Below, one piece after another: positions 10,542-24,483 of a DNA stretch of 64,000 bases. Under the pieces are notes generated by a model. It saw only the letters and a program-made list of their open reading frames with translations. It was not told the DNA's origin and did no database searches. Source of the DNA: Basidiobolus meristosporus CBS 931.73 (Eukaryota > Fungi > Basidiobolomycota); contig MCFE01000365.1 of assembly GCA_002104905.1 (NCBI GenBank), positions 23,099 through 87,098 on the forward strand, read 5' to 3'. A program made the position numbers and the translations under genes. Every line of letters begins with the position of its first letter. Within the stretch, counting starts at the first letter, position 1.

Positions 10542-12395
10542 TATGATGTATTAACCTTGAAACTGTCACAGTGTGCTCCTGAATGTTGAGAAACTTTCCT
10601 TACTTAGCATTTCAGTTGTATTACTTCCACAAAGGTACAAATTCAGAGCTTCCTTATGATAAGAACAGCTCAGCTATTATCACAATTTCTTGATAAGTTC
10701 TGTATATCCAAATTACTTCTTATATTGCAACAGTTCATCAGGCACAATTGCCTTGGTGTATTTTATGGATGCCTTCTACAGCAAGCAGTGCAACACAAAC
10801 ATCTTCCCTGTAAAGGAGTGGTTGGATAGGAAGAACTACATATTTTGAAGAATTGAGATATAGATCCACCTTGAGGAAAGATTTCTTTGGAATATAGTAT
10901 CAGGAAAAAAAGCAAAGCCCAAAGAAACAGCAAAAGTAGTGGAGAAGTTTCAAGAGAAGGAGAGAAAGGTCTTTGATGCCATATGTATCAATGCACAAGA
11001 TTCCTTCATTGGACAAATTAATGCTTCAAATACTGCCAAAACAGCATGGTAACCCTTAGAGAAGATTGTTAGAGCAAAGTCAATAACAAGCAAGCTTTAT
11101 TTGAAACAAAGCTCTTCTGCATGAAGAAGAAGCCAGATGAAAACATGATACAACTCTTTACCAGGATGGAGACACTTGCAGAAGAACCTTGCAGTATTAA
11201 TCCTGGTGAATATGATGAAGAAAAGATACTCTGTCAGCTTTGCAGCTTACCAGACAAGTATGAGCTACATATACTTTCTTTTGATAGCACACAAAATTCA
11301 CTAACCTTAGACTATATTAAAGGAAGACTTCTCCATGAAGAACACATATATAATGATTAAGCAGAGAAAATTGAAGATAATACTTGATTTACCTCAGAAA
11401 GGCACACAGAAAATAATGGAAACAACAAAACCAAAGAAAACCTGCTCAATATATCCACTGAAAGAAGCCAGGGCACTGGGCAAAAGAATGCATGAGGAGC
11501 CAAGCAGACAAAAAACAGAAACTAGAGCAGGCAAACAATACAACTACACATGAGCAGTTATTTGTAGCTGTACCTGAGATTGCAAGTAATCAAAGTAGTA
11601 AATGGTATATCTACTCTGGAGCATCACAGCATAGTGCAATATAAAGGAGTGGCACAGCAACTTATAGACCATTCCGGTAAAAAAGGTTATCTGGGAAACA
11701 ACTCTGCACTGGAAGCTACTGGTTGTGGGTATATACTGATAAATATGAGTGACATCTTGGGGGCAAAAACAGCAAAACTGACTGACATAGTGTATGTATC
11801 TTGAATAGCTAAGAACCTACACTGTGTTGGTAAAGCAACTACTCAGTAATTGGAATTTGTCTGTACTAAGCTAGGCTGGTTAATACTGAGTGAAATTAGG
11901 CAATTATTAGCTTTGGGAATCCCAGATTGCAATATATACTAGTTACAATGCAATATTACTCTACCTGAGTATGTCAGCATTGCTGAAACTAATAAAACTA
12001 ACTGGGAGACATGGCATAGGAGGCTATTTGCACATTGGAGAACAGAGAATGAATCAATTGGTAAAAAATCAGCTTGTTTTGGGCCAAAGCTGCTCAATGC
12101 CAATCAAGTTAAGTGTCATTGAGGAAAGTTCATATGGGAAGCCAGATTGGCAATGTTTCAGGAGCTCAACAGGCATTAGTTGCACCAAAACACTGGCTAT
12201 TTTGCACTCAGGCATATGTGAGCCCACGAAAACACTCTCCTTTGGAGCTAAGAGATATTTTATGGTGTTCAATGATGACAAGACAAGATATACATGGGTG
12301 TACTTCCTCAAGACAAAGACTGAGTCTTGAGAGACATTCAGACACTTAAGAGCATGGCAGAAATAAAAAATGGGCATAAATTGAAGTTATTTTAA
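10542..12395 (+). mobile_element. Degenerate Ty1/copia element 1 (partial 5' LTR to 10732, gag, PR, GAG-pre-integrase, start of IN)
   Basis: Fragments LCSLPDKY, PGHWAKEC, WYIYSGASQH, WETWHRRL, DDKTRYTWVYFLKTK; many stops and frameshifts. Confidence 0.85.
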
Positions 12396-12601
12396 AGTGT
12401 GTCTGGAGCATTATGAAGAGTAAATAAAGCAAGAAAGGAACTACTCTGAGCAACATATGTAAGATTGAGTAAAATTACCAGTAACTGTATCATACCACTG
12501 GCATCATGGTAGAAATTATAGTGCCAGATAGTGCTGTAGAGTGCCAGATCAATCTGGCACTATAAACAGGCTGGCACTATGTGGCACTATCCAACGGAAC
12601 A
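12396..12601 (+). mobile_element. 3'-terminal fragment of the Harbinger-like element (copy 3)
   Basis: Near-identical to 9355-9558, ending ...CCAACGGAACA. Confidence 0.85.
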
Positions 12602-13149
12602 TTGCAGGATCTTCACAACTTCTATGGATTTGATTCACCTGAATGACCAAATCAGTTTTTCATTGGGATGCCTTTGGCATTAAAAGTTAAGCAGCCTAAT
12701 ACATGAGTATTTATTAAGTAAGACATAGTTGGGTTGAATGCACCATGCTACTACTTTGAATAGAACAACTTAACCAAAATATGCTAGGTATCATCTAGGT
12801 GCAGGTCAACTTCTGCACCTCTCAATGGAGGACTCTTATCAACAAGAATCAGTGTTGGCCAATAACAAGGACTATGTTATTGCAGCAAGAAGGAATATAT
12901 TGGCTGTGCACAATATTGCATCTATCAGATGGTACAGAGGTATTAGTGGCAGAATAATTAGCATTTAACCATGGTTTGCAAGATACTTATACAAATTGTT
13001 CTGATACTTAGTGCCATATTGTGCCATGAGTGCCCAATAGTGCTAAGTAGTACCAGAGAGTTGTAGCAGACCTGTACATTGCAATTCAACGTGAAACCTT
13101 GCTCAGTATCTTCATGCAAAGTAGCTCTGGTGTCTCAACTGTTGCACTG

Positions 13150-13830
13150 GAGAAACTCTATTCTTTAATATTATTGTATTCAAGTGAGAAATGTAATCAA
13201 ACACTTGAACAATGTAACTGAGCCAAAGGGACAGTTCAGTGCAGAATTTTAGGTTTCAGAGAGAGTGGTAGAAATATTGTCAGAAAAATTCTGGTCTAAC
13301 ATTGGTCCTGGATTTTGCTCTGTTTGGCTATAAAGGTAACTGAAATGGTTGGCTATGCATAACAGACTTAATGTTCTTGGAAGTGCTAGATATACTAGGC
13401 TTGAGCAGAAGCTAGAATAGTAATGTTGAACCTTATTTTTGCTCAGATACAGTCTGAATCTTGTTGAGAAACATACTTAACCAAAAGGCACAGTAAGCTT
13501 TATTTGTACCTCTTGGATCCAAAAGAACTAGTAAGTGCCAAGAGACTGGATTAATTAGAGTTACAATGGGTGTTGATGGGTGCATAAGATAAATGAGAAT
13601 TGTATCATCATATCTGCTGATGTCCTGGTAGCTGCCAAGTGGTTGGATAGATCTTACATGACTAATCACTTAGTAATGCTTTAGCAGATGAGTTGATAAC
13701 ATAATGACTGCATGAAATTGCCAAGGTGTGATAGCTAAAAATAGATTCCAAGGCGGAAAAAAATTAACCATAACTGGGACTTCTTATGCTTTTACTGGGG
13801 AAAATCAGTCAGATTACAAGATTTTCCAAT
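13150..13830 (-). repeat. LTR/5'UTR fragment of the Gypsy-4 family
   Basis: Homologous to 48500-49130 (same strand) and to the reverse complement of ~31020-31680. Ends approximate. Confidence 0.65.
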
Positions 13831-14248
13831 GGAGTCAAATTTGGTAAGTTTGATTTGTTTGTGCACAGCATATCTATATCTTGGGGTTAATGTTGGGGAC
13901 CATGGGTATTTGCACAAGAGGATTAAAGATATGAATGTGCAACTGAGTAACTCTGACACTCTGAATTTGGTCCAAAAACTCTATAACATGTCACTAAAGT
14001 GTAAAGCGATAACTTAGTTGACTGATACTATCTGTCACTATAAGTGCTTTGCATAGGTTTCACTACAGGCCCAATGTCTAAATTAAGTGCCAGATAGCTC
14101 CAGTGGACCAAGATAGTGCCATGCATTTTTGTAACAAGTTACAAACCTCCAGAGGTATATTTAGAGAATGTTCACTGTTTGATAATTTTTTGGATCAATG
14201 CTGTGCATTATGTGCAAGAGCACAGTGCAAATGAAGGGATCTAATTGG

Positions 14249-17200
14249 TACTACCATACAAGAAATTATTGTGATGATCCCGCCAAAGGCCGTCACAGAC
14301 CTAGAGCTCCATGACTAAGAAGTGTTGATCTTATCAGGACACTGCGCAGCAACTGTTGAAAAATAATTGCACCCCAAATTTCACATGAACTTGATCAAAA
14401 TTTCTCATCACAACAGTATATTGGTAGGTTTTGATTGATTCCCTGCCAACTTGCTCACTTTCTGATCCCAGACATTCAATCACCTCCTACACTTGTCTAC
14501 ATTGATTGACTATTGCCTCTTTGGCACTCTCCTTACTTTCTGACTCAATTGTTTCTCTTACTTTTTATGCATACAAAATGATTTATTTCTGTTGAAACTT
14601 CAGTTGCACCTCAACTGCCTAATGGATTGACTAAACAAGTCCCTGTACCCTGCGCTAACATGAAGCTGAACGCCACATTCAACAAGTAATTTCATTAAAA
14701 TCCAACACTCAATAAGTATTTCTGCTGCAATGCTCTCTTTCCATGACTAAGGCAGGAACCCAACAGCATTATGCCACTATTCATTCACTGGTTCCCACAT
14801 GTCCTGGTCTTCAGCTGGCACTACAAGGTCTAGCATCTCATCTGCCAGGTCTTTACAATGAGTCCTTGGAACATTTAAGTGTGTTTTCTTAAGCACTGCT
14901 CTTGAAAAAGTGTTGCAACCTCTTAATGTGCCTATTAATGTTGCAAAATTTCACTGAAGGTATTGTGATTATCACTTGAGTTCTTGACATTGTAGCCTTG
15001 TCTGTCAGTAGGGTCTTCACTCTCTCAACAATAGTGGATGTGGAGGCTGTGGTAGACAAATTGCTTTCTCTGCAAACTCATCTACTTTGCTGGAGTGTAG
15101 CTCAACTGCCTGTACTTCCAACTCCTGTGAAAGCAGTTGTTTTTTTGTTAATAAGGTTTCTCTGTGGGCTTTATCTTTTGGTACTGTTGTTGTGCTTCAA
15201 AGACTGTACGGTGTTCCTCTGCTGTTACATTGGGAAATGGCTCAATTCTTGGCTGTGACATTGAGTTTCTTGTGCTCCTTCTTCGAAGCAAAGATACAGC
15301 ATTCTCTACCTGGGATATTCAATGCTCTACACATAGTATCCACTCATCCTGTTCCCTGGACTATTTTCTGATTTCCCTGGGCCATCACATCTATCCTACA
15401 AGCCAATACACCTAATTGCTTCATTAATGCTTTGGTATGAGTTGACAACATAGTTGCTGATATGGATGGTGGTGATGTTATCATGGCCACTCAATGGTCT
15501 TCAACTAAATGTATGGTGTTTACTACACTCTTATCTGCCTTAGCATTATGGTGACTTTTGGCTCCACAGAGACTCTCGGTTGCCTTCATGACTGAGAGCC
15601 TGAGGAGTCTGCATCATTACCTTTAATGGGCACACTGTAAACATGGCCTTTTTTGAATGTAGCCCCACTTGATGCACTGAATGTCAAAGCAAGCAGTTGT
15701 CCAATGGTTCTACTGCTGCCGTCAGCAGTGGGATGTGGCTGGGAACCAGACAATTTTACTTTATTTTTGGCAGCATATATACAGAAGTGAATCAAATCAA
15801 AGAGAAAATAGTGTTACATACAAATGGGTATGTGGGGCAAGAGCTTTGTTTATAATGCTTACTATGGCAGGTCATCATTGAACTTTACATTCATTTAGGT
15901 GCAATGTCTCAAATACAAGACTGTCTTAAATTCACATGATTACTGTCCATACTGTGATATAATAGCATTTTGTTGGAGAAGGTCAAACAGTTTGCCCCAT
16001 GAACAAGACTACTCTGATTCAATGCCGTAAGAGAATAGAAAAAGACCATGTGGCTATTGTAGCAAGCCCTCAGCCATAGAGCATGCAGACAGTATAGGAA
16101 GTACTACAAGAATCACAGCTGGTGTTTTGCCACATAAGTCATATCTGACCATTCATCAGTTACTACTATACCAACATTATCTTGCAGGGGAGTGGATATG
16201 CCTATATTGGCACTTGGCCATTTTTGTAACCATGTGCAAACTGAGTCAGATGAGTTTGTGATGTCTTGAGGCTTACCACAGCCTTCTGAATATGGCACAC
16301 AGAGTGATAGCTCTGGCAAAGAAGGCTCACTGATGATTTGTGAGCCTATCTCCCCTGACAACAATACCATGCATGAGCATGGTCAAATCCCAATATTCAA
16401 TGAGACAACACCAGTAGAAAGAAATGCCAAGGATACTTTAGTGAGCCATGTGAGCACAGTAATCCATTTACTTGTGAATGATGTAGTGTTGTGGCTAGAG
16501 AAGTGGTGCATTTCCACTAATATCAGTAATGGGGGCTTTGAGGATTTATTACTACTTCTTGCCAAAATCATTCCAGGATGAAACTTACCATATGCATGAT
16601 AAAAGTGGACAACCATCATGTGGCTGGCAACATATGACCCAGAGACTCTGCTGATTCCAGCATGTGTTGACGGTTGCGTGGCATTCACATCAAAAAATGC
16701 CACCTTTGCAACATGTCCTAATTGTTGGGAATTCACAACCATTGAGGGAAATCATTGTTCACACTCCAGATATATTCCGGTCATACCCTGTCTAAAGAAG
16801 GTAATATAGTCCAACATATATTGCAATGCTATAGAGTACCGCGCTCAGCATCTATCAAGCATAAATATATCCTATATATTTGATGGCAAGCATTACAAAT
16901 AGCCAAGAAACAGGGGCTACTTTGAAGGTATGTATTACCATACCTTTGCCTTAGCACTTGATGGATTCTCATTGAATGGTACTTTTGTTACAAGTCTTGG
17001 TATAAGAGTTGTAGAGGAATAGGGAGTTTAGCTAGTATTGTATTCACTAAAACTTGGACTGATTTTTATTGAGGTTCCAGCAGCTCCTTATATACATTTT
17101 GCCAGATCAATTGCTGAGTAATTGTATTTCCTAATGTAGGTTGTGGCTGATGACTCATTTGATTGCATCATCATCACCCAATAAGACCCTACTTAATATA

Positions 17201-17890
17201 TCTATTTCTGTCTGATAAGGAACTGCTGATTCATTTGCTGACTAATGCTACTGATTTCATAGATAATACTGATATACTGATAACCTAAGCATATGCTAAT
17301 TGATATGACTAAAAACTGATCTAACTTAAACATTCAAGTGGCAGATCATAACACTCTACCAGTAAATCCCGCTGGCCACTGATTCTCATCCACCAGAATC
17401 TTTAACCTATCTTACAGTATCATAGCAATACTCTGATGGTAGTCTCACTGGCAACTGGGCCAAATCACTGTTCAACCTGGATAGCTACCTGTATCCATTG
17501 CTGAATGAATTTTGTATGCCTTCCAGCAGGATATCAGGAAGTGGCCATCATGTCAGAGTGCATTTTACTTTCTGCATTGGAGATACCCCAGCCATCAGCA
17601 AGATAGCCAGCTTTTTTAGGCACAATACATGGTAATGCAGTCAAATGTGCAAGATTCAGGGGATTCTTTCCATATCTCACACACATTATTATTATCCAAA
17701 CATCAACACTAAGAACATCATTTCCCACAGAGAGAATATGCAGAAGTCAGCATGCAACTGCAGCAAAATTGGCAAGCTATAAGCCATTGGTTGAAATTGG
17801 GAATCAGTTAGAAACCGGAGACATTTAAAATAGAGGGTTTCTGTTGGAATATAAGCTTTCCACTGGGAGCAATATATTTGCATTTCAACT
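14249..17890 (+). mobile_element. CACTA (En/Spm, Tnp2) DNA transposon copy X1, degenerate, internal deletions, interrupted by a solo LTR
   Basis: Starts TACTACCATACAAGAAATTATTG (CACTAC-like after C>T/CpG decay). Homologous to 35990-39940 (inverted) and 39941-43690. Confidence 0.75.
16986..17353 (-). mobile_element. Solo LTR of the Gypsy-2 family in the X1 transposase
   Basis: Matches 25985-26351; 4-bp flanks CTTT/CTCT at a site that is uninterrupted in X3. Confidence 0.93.
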
Positions 17891-17894
17891 TGAT

Positions 17895-20520
17895 ATTTTG
17901 TACCTTCATGCCCCTGGCTAATTTCTTCACCAAATGCTGAGTCTTTTATGCTGGTGCAGTGAATGCCCTCTTTTTTGAAGTCAGGTATTCTTGGGCTTGG
18001 AAGCACAGCAAGTATATTCTTGAATCTTCAATACGCAGTTTAACAGGCTGTTTGTCACAACAAGAGGTTGTCTTTCTTAAGATAGCAGCTAAAAGGGCTG
18101 TTATACTAACTAAGCACTTGGCTAGTGCTTAAAATTAAATGACTACTTTAAGATATGCTCTGATATCTGATTTGCATTAGTGCTGCTCCAGATTCTTGAT
18201 GACTTCAATGTGCCTAAGATCTAAAGCTGAGCCTTTGTTTTATACATGCAATACAGATACTCAGTACACTGACTCAAGAACTCACATTTAGATATGTTTC
18301 TACAGAGCTAGTTGTCTCTGAGCTTCATTAGGGCCTACTTAATGAAATTTGAATAGTGCGCATCTGTCTTGCTGTAAATCAGTGTTACATATACAGAGAT
18401 CACCAGAAGCTTGACCAAGTTCTTTTGGCAGATGGTCTGCTTCATGGTCTTGTATATGTCTTGAGCATTGATGAGGTCTAAACTGACTATGAAGTACTCC
18501 TGGAGACCATATGAAGTTCTGAGTTATTCACTTGGAGTTATCTTCTATATCTACTCTAAAGAGTTGGACCCTGTAAAGAGGTCAATCTTGCTGGGTATAA
18601 AGGGACCAATAGCTTTGTAAAAAGCTAATCAACTCAGGGTACAAGATACTTACTCCTCACAATTACTGGGATTGGCTCTTTGTGATTAATGCTCATTGAT
18701 GGTGTTGCAATCATATCTTCACAAGAATTTCTGGTTCTCCCCACAGTGAGTTTTTGGGTATGATATTTCTGTATTACAAAAAATGGCTAATTTGTGTATT
18801 CACTTCTTCCAATTTCAGTGTACTCACTCTGTAAGGCACTTTGCTCTCAGGAGGGCTATCCCTGACACCAATGGCTTCGTAAGCTTTGCTGATTTGTGGT
18901 AGGTTCCCAAACTCATTTGGAAGCATGTCTAATTGAACCTTTCAAGTGTCTAGACTATCTGATAAGCTGGGGCAAGTATATCCCTCTATAATACTCTTAT
19001 GAGTAATATTTGGTTCACTTTACCAGGTGCCTTGAGGTATCATATCTTACTAAGCTCACTTGAGTAACAATCATGGGAATTAGGCAAGTTGTAACTCAGT
19101 CTGGCAGGTGGTAGCACATATGTCCTGTTACGCTTCTGCATCTAAGTGGCATCAACACTCCAATCAGTCAATGAGTCACAGCAGAGTAGCCAGCTTTTCC
19201 AAGTAAATGGTCAATCTTACAGCTGTCATATAATTAGGTCTCAAGGTCTTCAGCAAAGTCATTGATTGTTCTTCTTGGTTTCATAGTGATATGATTGATT
19301 ATGTCAAAGTGCCCATCAGCTTTAGTGACTGGAACTGATTTGCTTAGTGCTGGAACAACTCCAGGATTCAAGGCATTGATTAGAAATATACAGATGCAAT
19401 GCCCCTGACTCAATCATGCTCTTGACAGGTACTCCATCAACTGCTCCATTCTTACATGGAAGCTCTTTCATATAGGATACTACTTGAGATACTTTCCTGC
19501 TCTCTGCTGAGGTTGGATTCTTCTGTAAAGCATATATCTTCAGAGATACAGCTTCTAGTTATTTTCTTTCAAAGTGATTGTAACCATTCTGAATGGTCAT
19601 TCATGTCTTTCCAATCTAGCTTAGCTGAGTCAAGTGCTTTTCTTCAGTCCATCTGCAAAGCACTAACCATCATCAAAGAAGTCCATTTTAGTAATTTGCA
19701 CAAGTTAACATCTATATGCATGTATTTATTCTAGAACCATAGGTCTATATTATGGTATCTTCAGCTTCCATTGATGTAGTTTCAGCTGGTGAGGAGGTTC
19801 AAGTTTATCTAGAATCTTTAGCACATGTTCATCCCTGGTTGAAGTACCTGAGTGGTCCATTGTACTGCCTGACATTGTCATGTAGCAGTAGCATTGCAAA
19901 CAGCATCTGCCAAATAACTGTTACAAGTCTTGGTGTAAGAGTTGTGAAGGTATAGGTAGTTTAGCTAGTATTGTATTCACTAAAACTTGAACTGATCTTT
20001 ATTGGGATTCCAGCAGCTCCTTATGTATATTTTGCTAGATCAATTGCTGACTAATTGTATTTCCTAATGTAGGCTGTGGCTGATGACTCATTTGATTGCA
20101 TCATCATCACCCAATAAGATCCTACCTAATATATCCATTTCTGTCTGATAAGGATCCGCTGATTCATTTGCTGACTAATGCTACTGATTTGATAGAAAAT
20201 ACTGATATACTGATAACCTAAACATATAGCTAATTGATTTGACTAAAAACTGATCTAACTTAAGCATTCAAGCGGCATATCATAACATAACAAGCTTTAT
20301 TAGTCAATTTGATTTCTTGGGTTACTCCTTCAACCATGATGGCCTCCTCAATTTTGAAGTCCCATGTTTCAAGGTCTTTATTGACTTTACCATATAATAT
20401 CTTGACCTTGCTAATTAAAGTGGTAGAGCATAGCAAATTCACACAATCTTTTGCAGATGGGTGTCAATGTAGCTTCAACATACCCCAGGAAGATTGCCTG
20501 AGCCTATTCAGCAATCTTTA
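17895..20520 (-). mobile_element. Old degenerate Ty3/gypsy element related to Gypsy-2 (gag, PR, RT, start of RH)
   Basis: KVNKDLETWDFKIEEA resembles Gypsy-2 RVNENLGTWLFQIEEA. VDGVPVKSMIESG is protease-like. LPSPRIPDFKKE resembles [12 protein letters not shown]. Boundaries approximate. Confidence 0.75.
19919..20287 (-). mobile_element. Solo LTR of the Gypsy-2 family
   Basis: Matches 25985-26351; 4-bp TSD TAAC at 19915-19918 and 20288-20291. Confidence 0.95.
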
Positions 20521-20957
20521 AGCATTTGCTTCAAATAGAATCTTTATGTGTCAGTTCAATCTGGTGATTGCTCAAAGTATATAGTCCTGGGTGATTTTCA
20601 CAAATAAGGACTGTTTATGAAGCCATTCAGCGCTGATTTTGGTCGGATATACTATGGCTAGCACTATCTCAATGAAACTATATTCCACTAAGTTGGTGCT
20701 TATTTGGCCAAACTATTGAATTAGAGTCCAGAATTTGGCTTGAATGGCCAATCAGGTCTTATGCTGATTAACCAAGGTATTTCAACTGGTATTGATGTTG
20801 AACAGCCCTGTACTTAATGAAATATTCTGCTATTAGGTGTTTTTGAGCAGCTAACATATACATAAAATATCTGAACTACTTTTAGTTACTGTGGGACACA
20901 CCTAGAGCCTAAAATCACCATTTCCATCAGATAACTGAGCCTATAATAGTCCCCCTA

Positions 20958-21167
20958 TGTTCAAGATCAAGTTATTACTTTAACACACATTATGAATCAA
21001 TCCTGAAGCTGTTGCACAAAGCTCCTGAATATTAAGGTACTTTACCCCCTGTATTTCCTCTACAAAGGTCTAAGTACAGAGCTTCTTCCTAAGTAAACAG
21101 CAGTTCAATAATTATAACTGTTTCTTGATAAGTTTCTAATGTCCAAGACACTTCTCAAATAACAACA
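20958..21167 (+). repeat. Copia-1-family LTR
   Basis: TGTT...CAACA ends; homologous to 10545-10732. Confidence 0.55.
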
Positions 21168-21252
21168 GGGCTCAATATTGGCTTCCCCATATGGAGTTTA
21201 ACAGCTTCTAGGTCTTTACTCTGACAAGTATTGTTACTTCTGGCTGTTACGC

Positions 21253-24075
21253 TGTTGAGTAACAGCCTAATGACCAGATTCTGCATTTTGATCTTTGCAA
21301 TAGGGTAATAATCATAGGATCATAGACGCAAAGAAACTGGCAAAGTAGGGACTGCAAATTTGTCCTACAGTGAATAAGACTAGCTTAGAATTGCTAAGTA
21401 AATTTTAGCTGCTGAATGATCCCAAATAGTCTAATATTTCAACACTCCCCCTTAAATAAATAATTTTTCAATCTTGGTTCCTCTCTGAGATTCTTAAACT
21501 GTGATCTAGCTAGTGGTTTTGTTAGTATATCTGCCACCATTTTGTCAGTTGGGCAGTAAACTAGCTCTACTAAGCTTTACTCTACAGCTTCCCTCACAAA
21601 GTGGTGTTGTACAATATATACATAGTTCTGGCTTATATGTTGGTTGATCTGAATTAATGCCTAAGTCTGTACATAATCCATAATTCTGCATGACTTCACC
21701 AACTATTCCAATTGCCACTGCAATATCTTGATGTGCAGACACCATCAAGTACATCAGGCTACTAGCCATTGATTGATAGGGAAAGTTTTTGTCCATATTT
21801 GAGCCACTTTCACCCAAAACTGGCTGAGATTTGCTCAATATTAGATTATTGTCCAAAGGGGTAGCTGCAGGCTAGCAGTTTTCCATTTTGAAGCATTTAA
21901 GAATGTCCTTGAGGTCTTAGACTGACTCAGCACAATATTTGCATAGGTGTGTCATAATTTACTTCAATTTCAAGAAAATAGCTCAATTTTCCAAAATCTT
22001 TCATCTCCAATTTGCTGAAGAGATCTGATTTTGTCTGTTAAGTGCCTCCTGGTCCCTTGTAGCTAATATTGGGTTACTCACATAAAGAACTAGGATGGTC
22101 ATACCCTTTTTGAGCTGTTTCACATATATATAGTGATATGCAGTGCTGCAAATGGACACAATCTCCTCTAAATATGTGTGAATCTTGTTATACCATGCTC
22201 TTGGTGAATGCTTAAGCCCATACAGCAATTTTCTGAGTCTGCACACCTTATAAGGGTCTTTTGGATTGTTAAAACCTTTTGGTTGCTTCATACATAAAGT
22301 TGCTTGCAAGTCCCCATTTAGAAAGGCTACTTTGACGTCCATTTGGTTCAGATCTGAACTCTGTACAGCTGCCAAGGCTAGAACTGTACTAATGGAGTTA
22401 CTTTTGACAACCAGAGCAAAAGTGTCTTTGAAGTCTAGTCCCTGAATCTGGGAACAGCCTTTAGCCACCAATCTAGCATTGAACTCATTAACAGCACCAT
22501 TTGAGGTTTTCTTAATCTTGTAGACTCATCTACATCCTGTTGGCTTTCTCCCATTGGGTAAATTTACCAGTTCCCATGCTTTTGCTATGATCAGCAATAG
22601 GTACTCCTCCTGCATGGCTTGTTGCCACATGGTAACATCTGTACTTTGCATTGCCTGTTCCAGATTCTGAGGTTTAGCACATAAGGAAAGATAGGCTTCT
22701 TCATGATCATTGGATGTCAGCCACCAATTTCCTAAGGCATTTCTTATTCTGGTAGCTCTCCTAGCTGGGATAATCTGCTCTGATCTGGAGCTGGTGGAAT
22801 TATCTTCCATATCTGGCTGAATTTGGTAGGTATACTCTTCATTAGTGCTGAATGCATACTCAGGCAGCTGGCCAATGATTTCTGTGGCTTTCTGATCTGT
22901 ATTCTCCTCAAATACAAAGTCCCTGCTCTTGATCAGCTTTTGAATTCCACAATCATACTCTCTATACCCCTTAGTATCATCTCAATACCCAAGAAAGAAC
23001 CCCTATCTACTCTTTGGTTCCAGCTTTGAGCATTTTTTGTCAGGGATGTGATAAAAGACACCACTGCAAAAGATCCTGAGGTGCTGGATGTCTTGTTTTT
23101 TGCCTGTATATGCTTCAAAGAGTATAGAATCAGATATTGCTGTTGTTGGGCATTCATTCTTAATGTATACTGTGGTAGCAACAGATTATGCCCATGACTT
23201 GTAGTCCATTCCTTTATCATGTAGCATAGATCTTCCCATCTCCACAATTGTTCTATTTGCACTTTCTGCTACCTTGTTTTGCTGTGGAGTATGTGGAAGA
23301 GTGGTGTGTTGAAGTATACCAGTAGATCAGCAGTATTTAGCAAGCTCCTTTGAGCAGTATTCCCCTCCATTGTCACTTTGGAGTATCTTCAATTTACACC
23401 CAGTTTGTGTTTCTGCCATGTTCTTGAAGTGTTTAAATGTCTCTAAAGCCTCTTTGTTTGTTGTAAGGAAGTATAACCATGAATATCTTGTCATGTCACC
23501 AGTGAATAGCATTAAGTATATCTTGTCTGAGTGTACAATAGCCAATATTTCCGTGGTGTTGATGCCTCCTGAGCTCCTAAATCACTGCCTAGCTTGTTTG
23601 TCATATGAACATCCCTTACAGTCAATCAATTTTATCAGAATTGAGTAATTTAGGCCTAAAACAAGATGATTTTTCACCAATTGACTCATTTTCTGTTCTG
23701 CAATGTGGCCTAGCCTCCTATGCCATATTTCCCAGTTAGTTTGATCAGTTTCAGCTATGTTAACATACTCAGGTGCTATGATCTTGCATTGTAACTTGTA
23801 TACATTATGATCTCTGATTTCCAAAGCTAATTTTTGTCCATTTTCACTCAATGTTGAGCAGTTCAGCTTAGTGAAAACAAATCTCCATCCCTGAGCAATT
23901 GCTTTACTGACTGAGAGTAGGTTCTTAGAAATTCCAGGTATGTAGAGTATTTCAATCTGTTTGGTTGCTGTAGCCCCTGAGAAAAGTCTGTATTCTGATT
24001 CCCCCAAGTCTGTAGTTCTTCCCATAAAACCTCTCCTTTACAGGGAAGATGTTTATATTGTTCTCTTTGCTGGTA
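21253..24075 (-). mobile_element. Degenerate, 5'-truncated Ty1/copia element 2 (PR part, IN, RT, RH, PPT, 3' LTR 21253-21444)
   Basis: WEIWHRRLGH, LQSDNGGEY, VAKGCSQIQGLDF, QMDVKVAFLNG, LYGLKHSPRAWY. PPT AAGGGGGAG precedes a TGTTGA...TCAACA LTR. Confidence 0.9.
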
Positions 24076-24077
24076 CA

Positions 24078-24483
24078 AGTCATCATCAATGACCTAAGAA
24101 TGTTTTAAGTAGGTGCCAGAAGGTTCCAAGAGGCACAGCACATCCAACCAATCAGGAATCAGTACCTTGAAACCCAAGTAACATAGGGATACCATATACA
24201 GTATGGAAATGGTAGGGATTGTGCCACAAGTTGATCATGTGTCATGGGTACTGACATGGGTACTTGCCTAATCTAGATGCATTTGCTGTTAGCAATCTTA
24301 CATAAAGTGAGGGATAATCTATGCAACAAGGTAAGCAAGTGGTGTAGTCAACCAGCTTATGGGAAAGTACTGGTCAGGTAAGACAAATGGGATAAAACTA
24401 AATTAGTGTAGTAGAGATATAGGGAAGTGGAAAATGTGGGAATGAGCACATCTGTCAGTGGGTGTCACTGTGACCCCACTACA
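24078..24483 (-). repeat. Partial LTR of the Gypsy-3 family
   Basis: Reverse complement of ~33023-33420; minus strand starts TGTAGTGGGG. Confidence 0.8.
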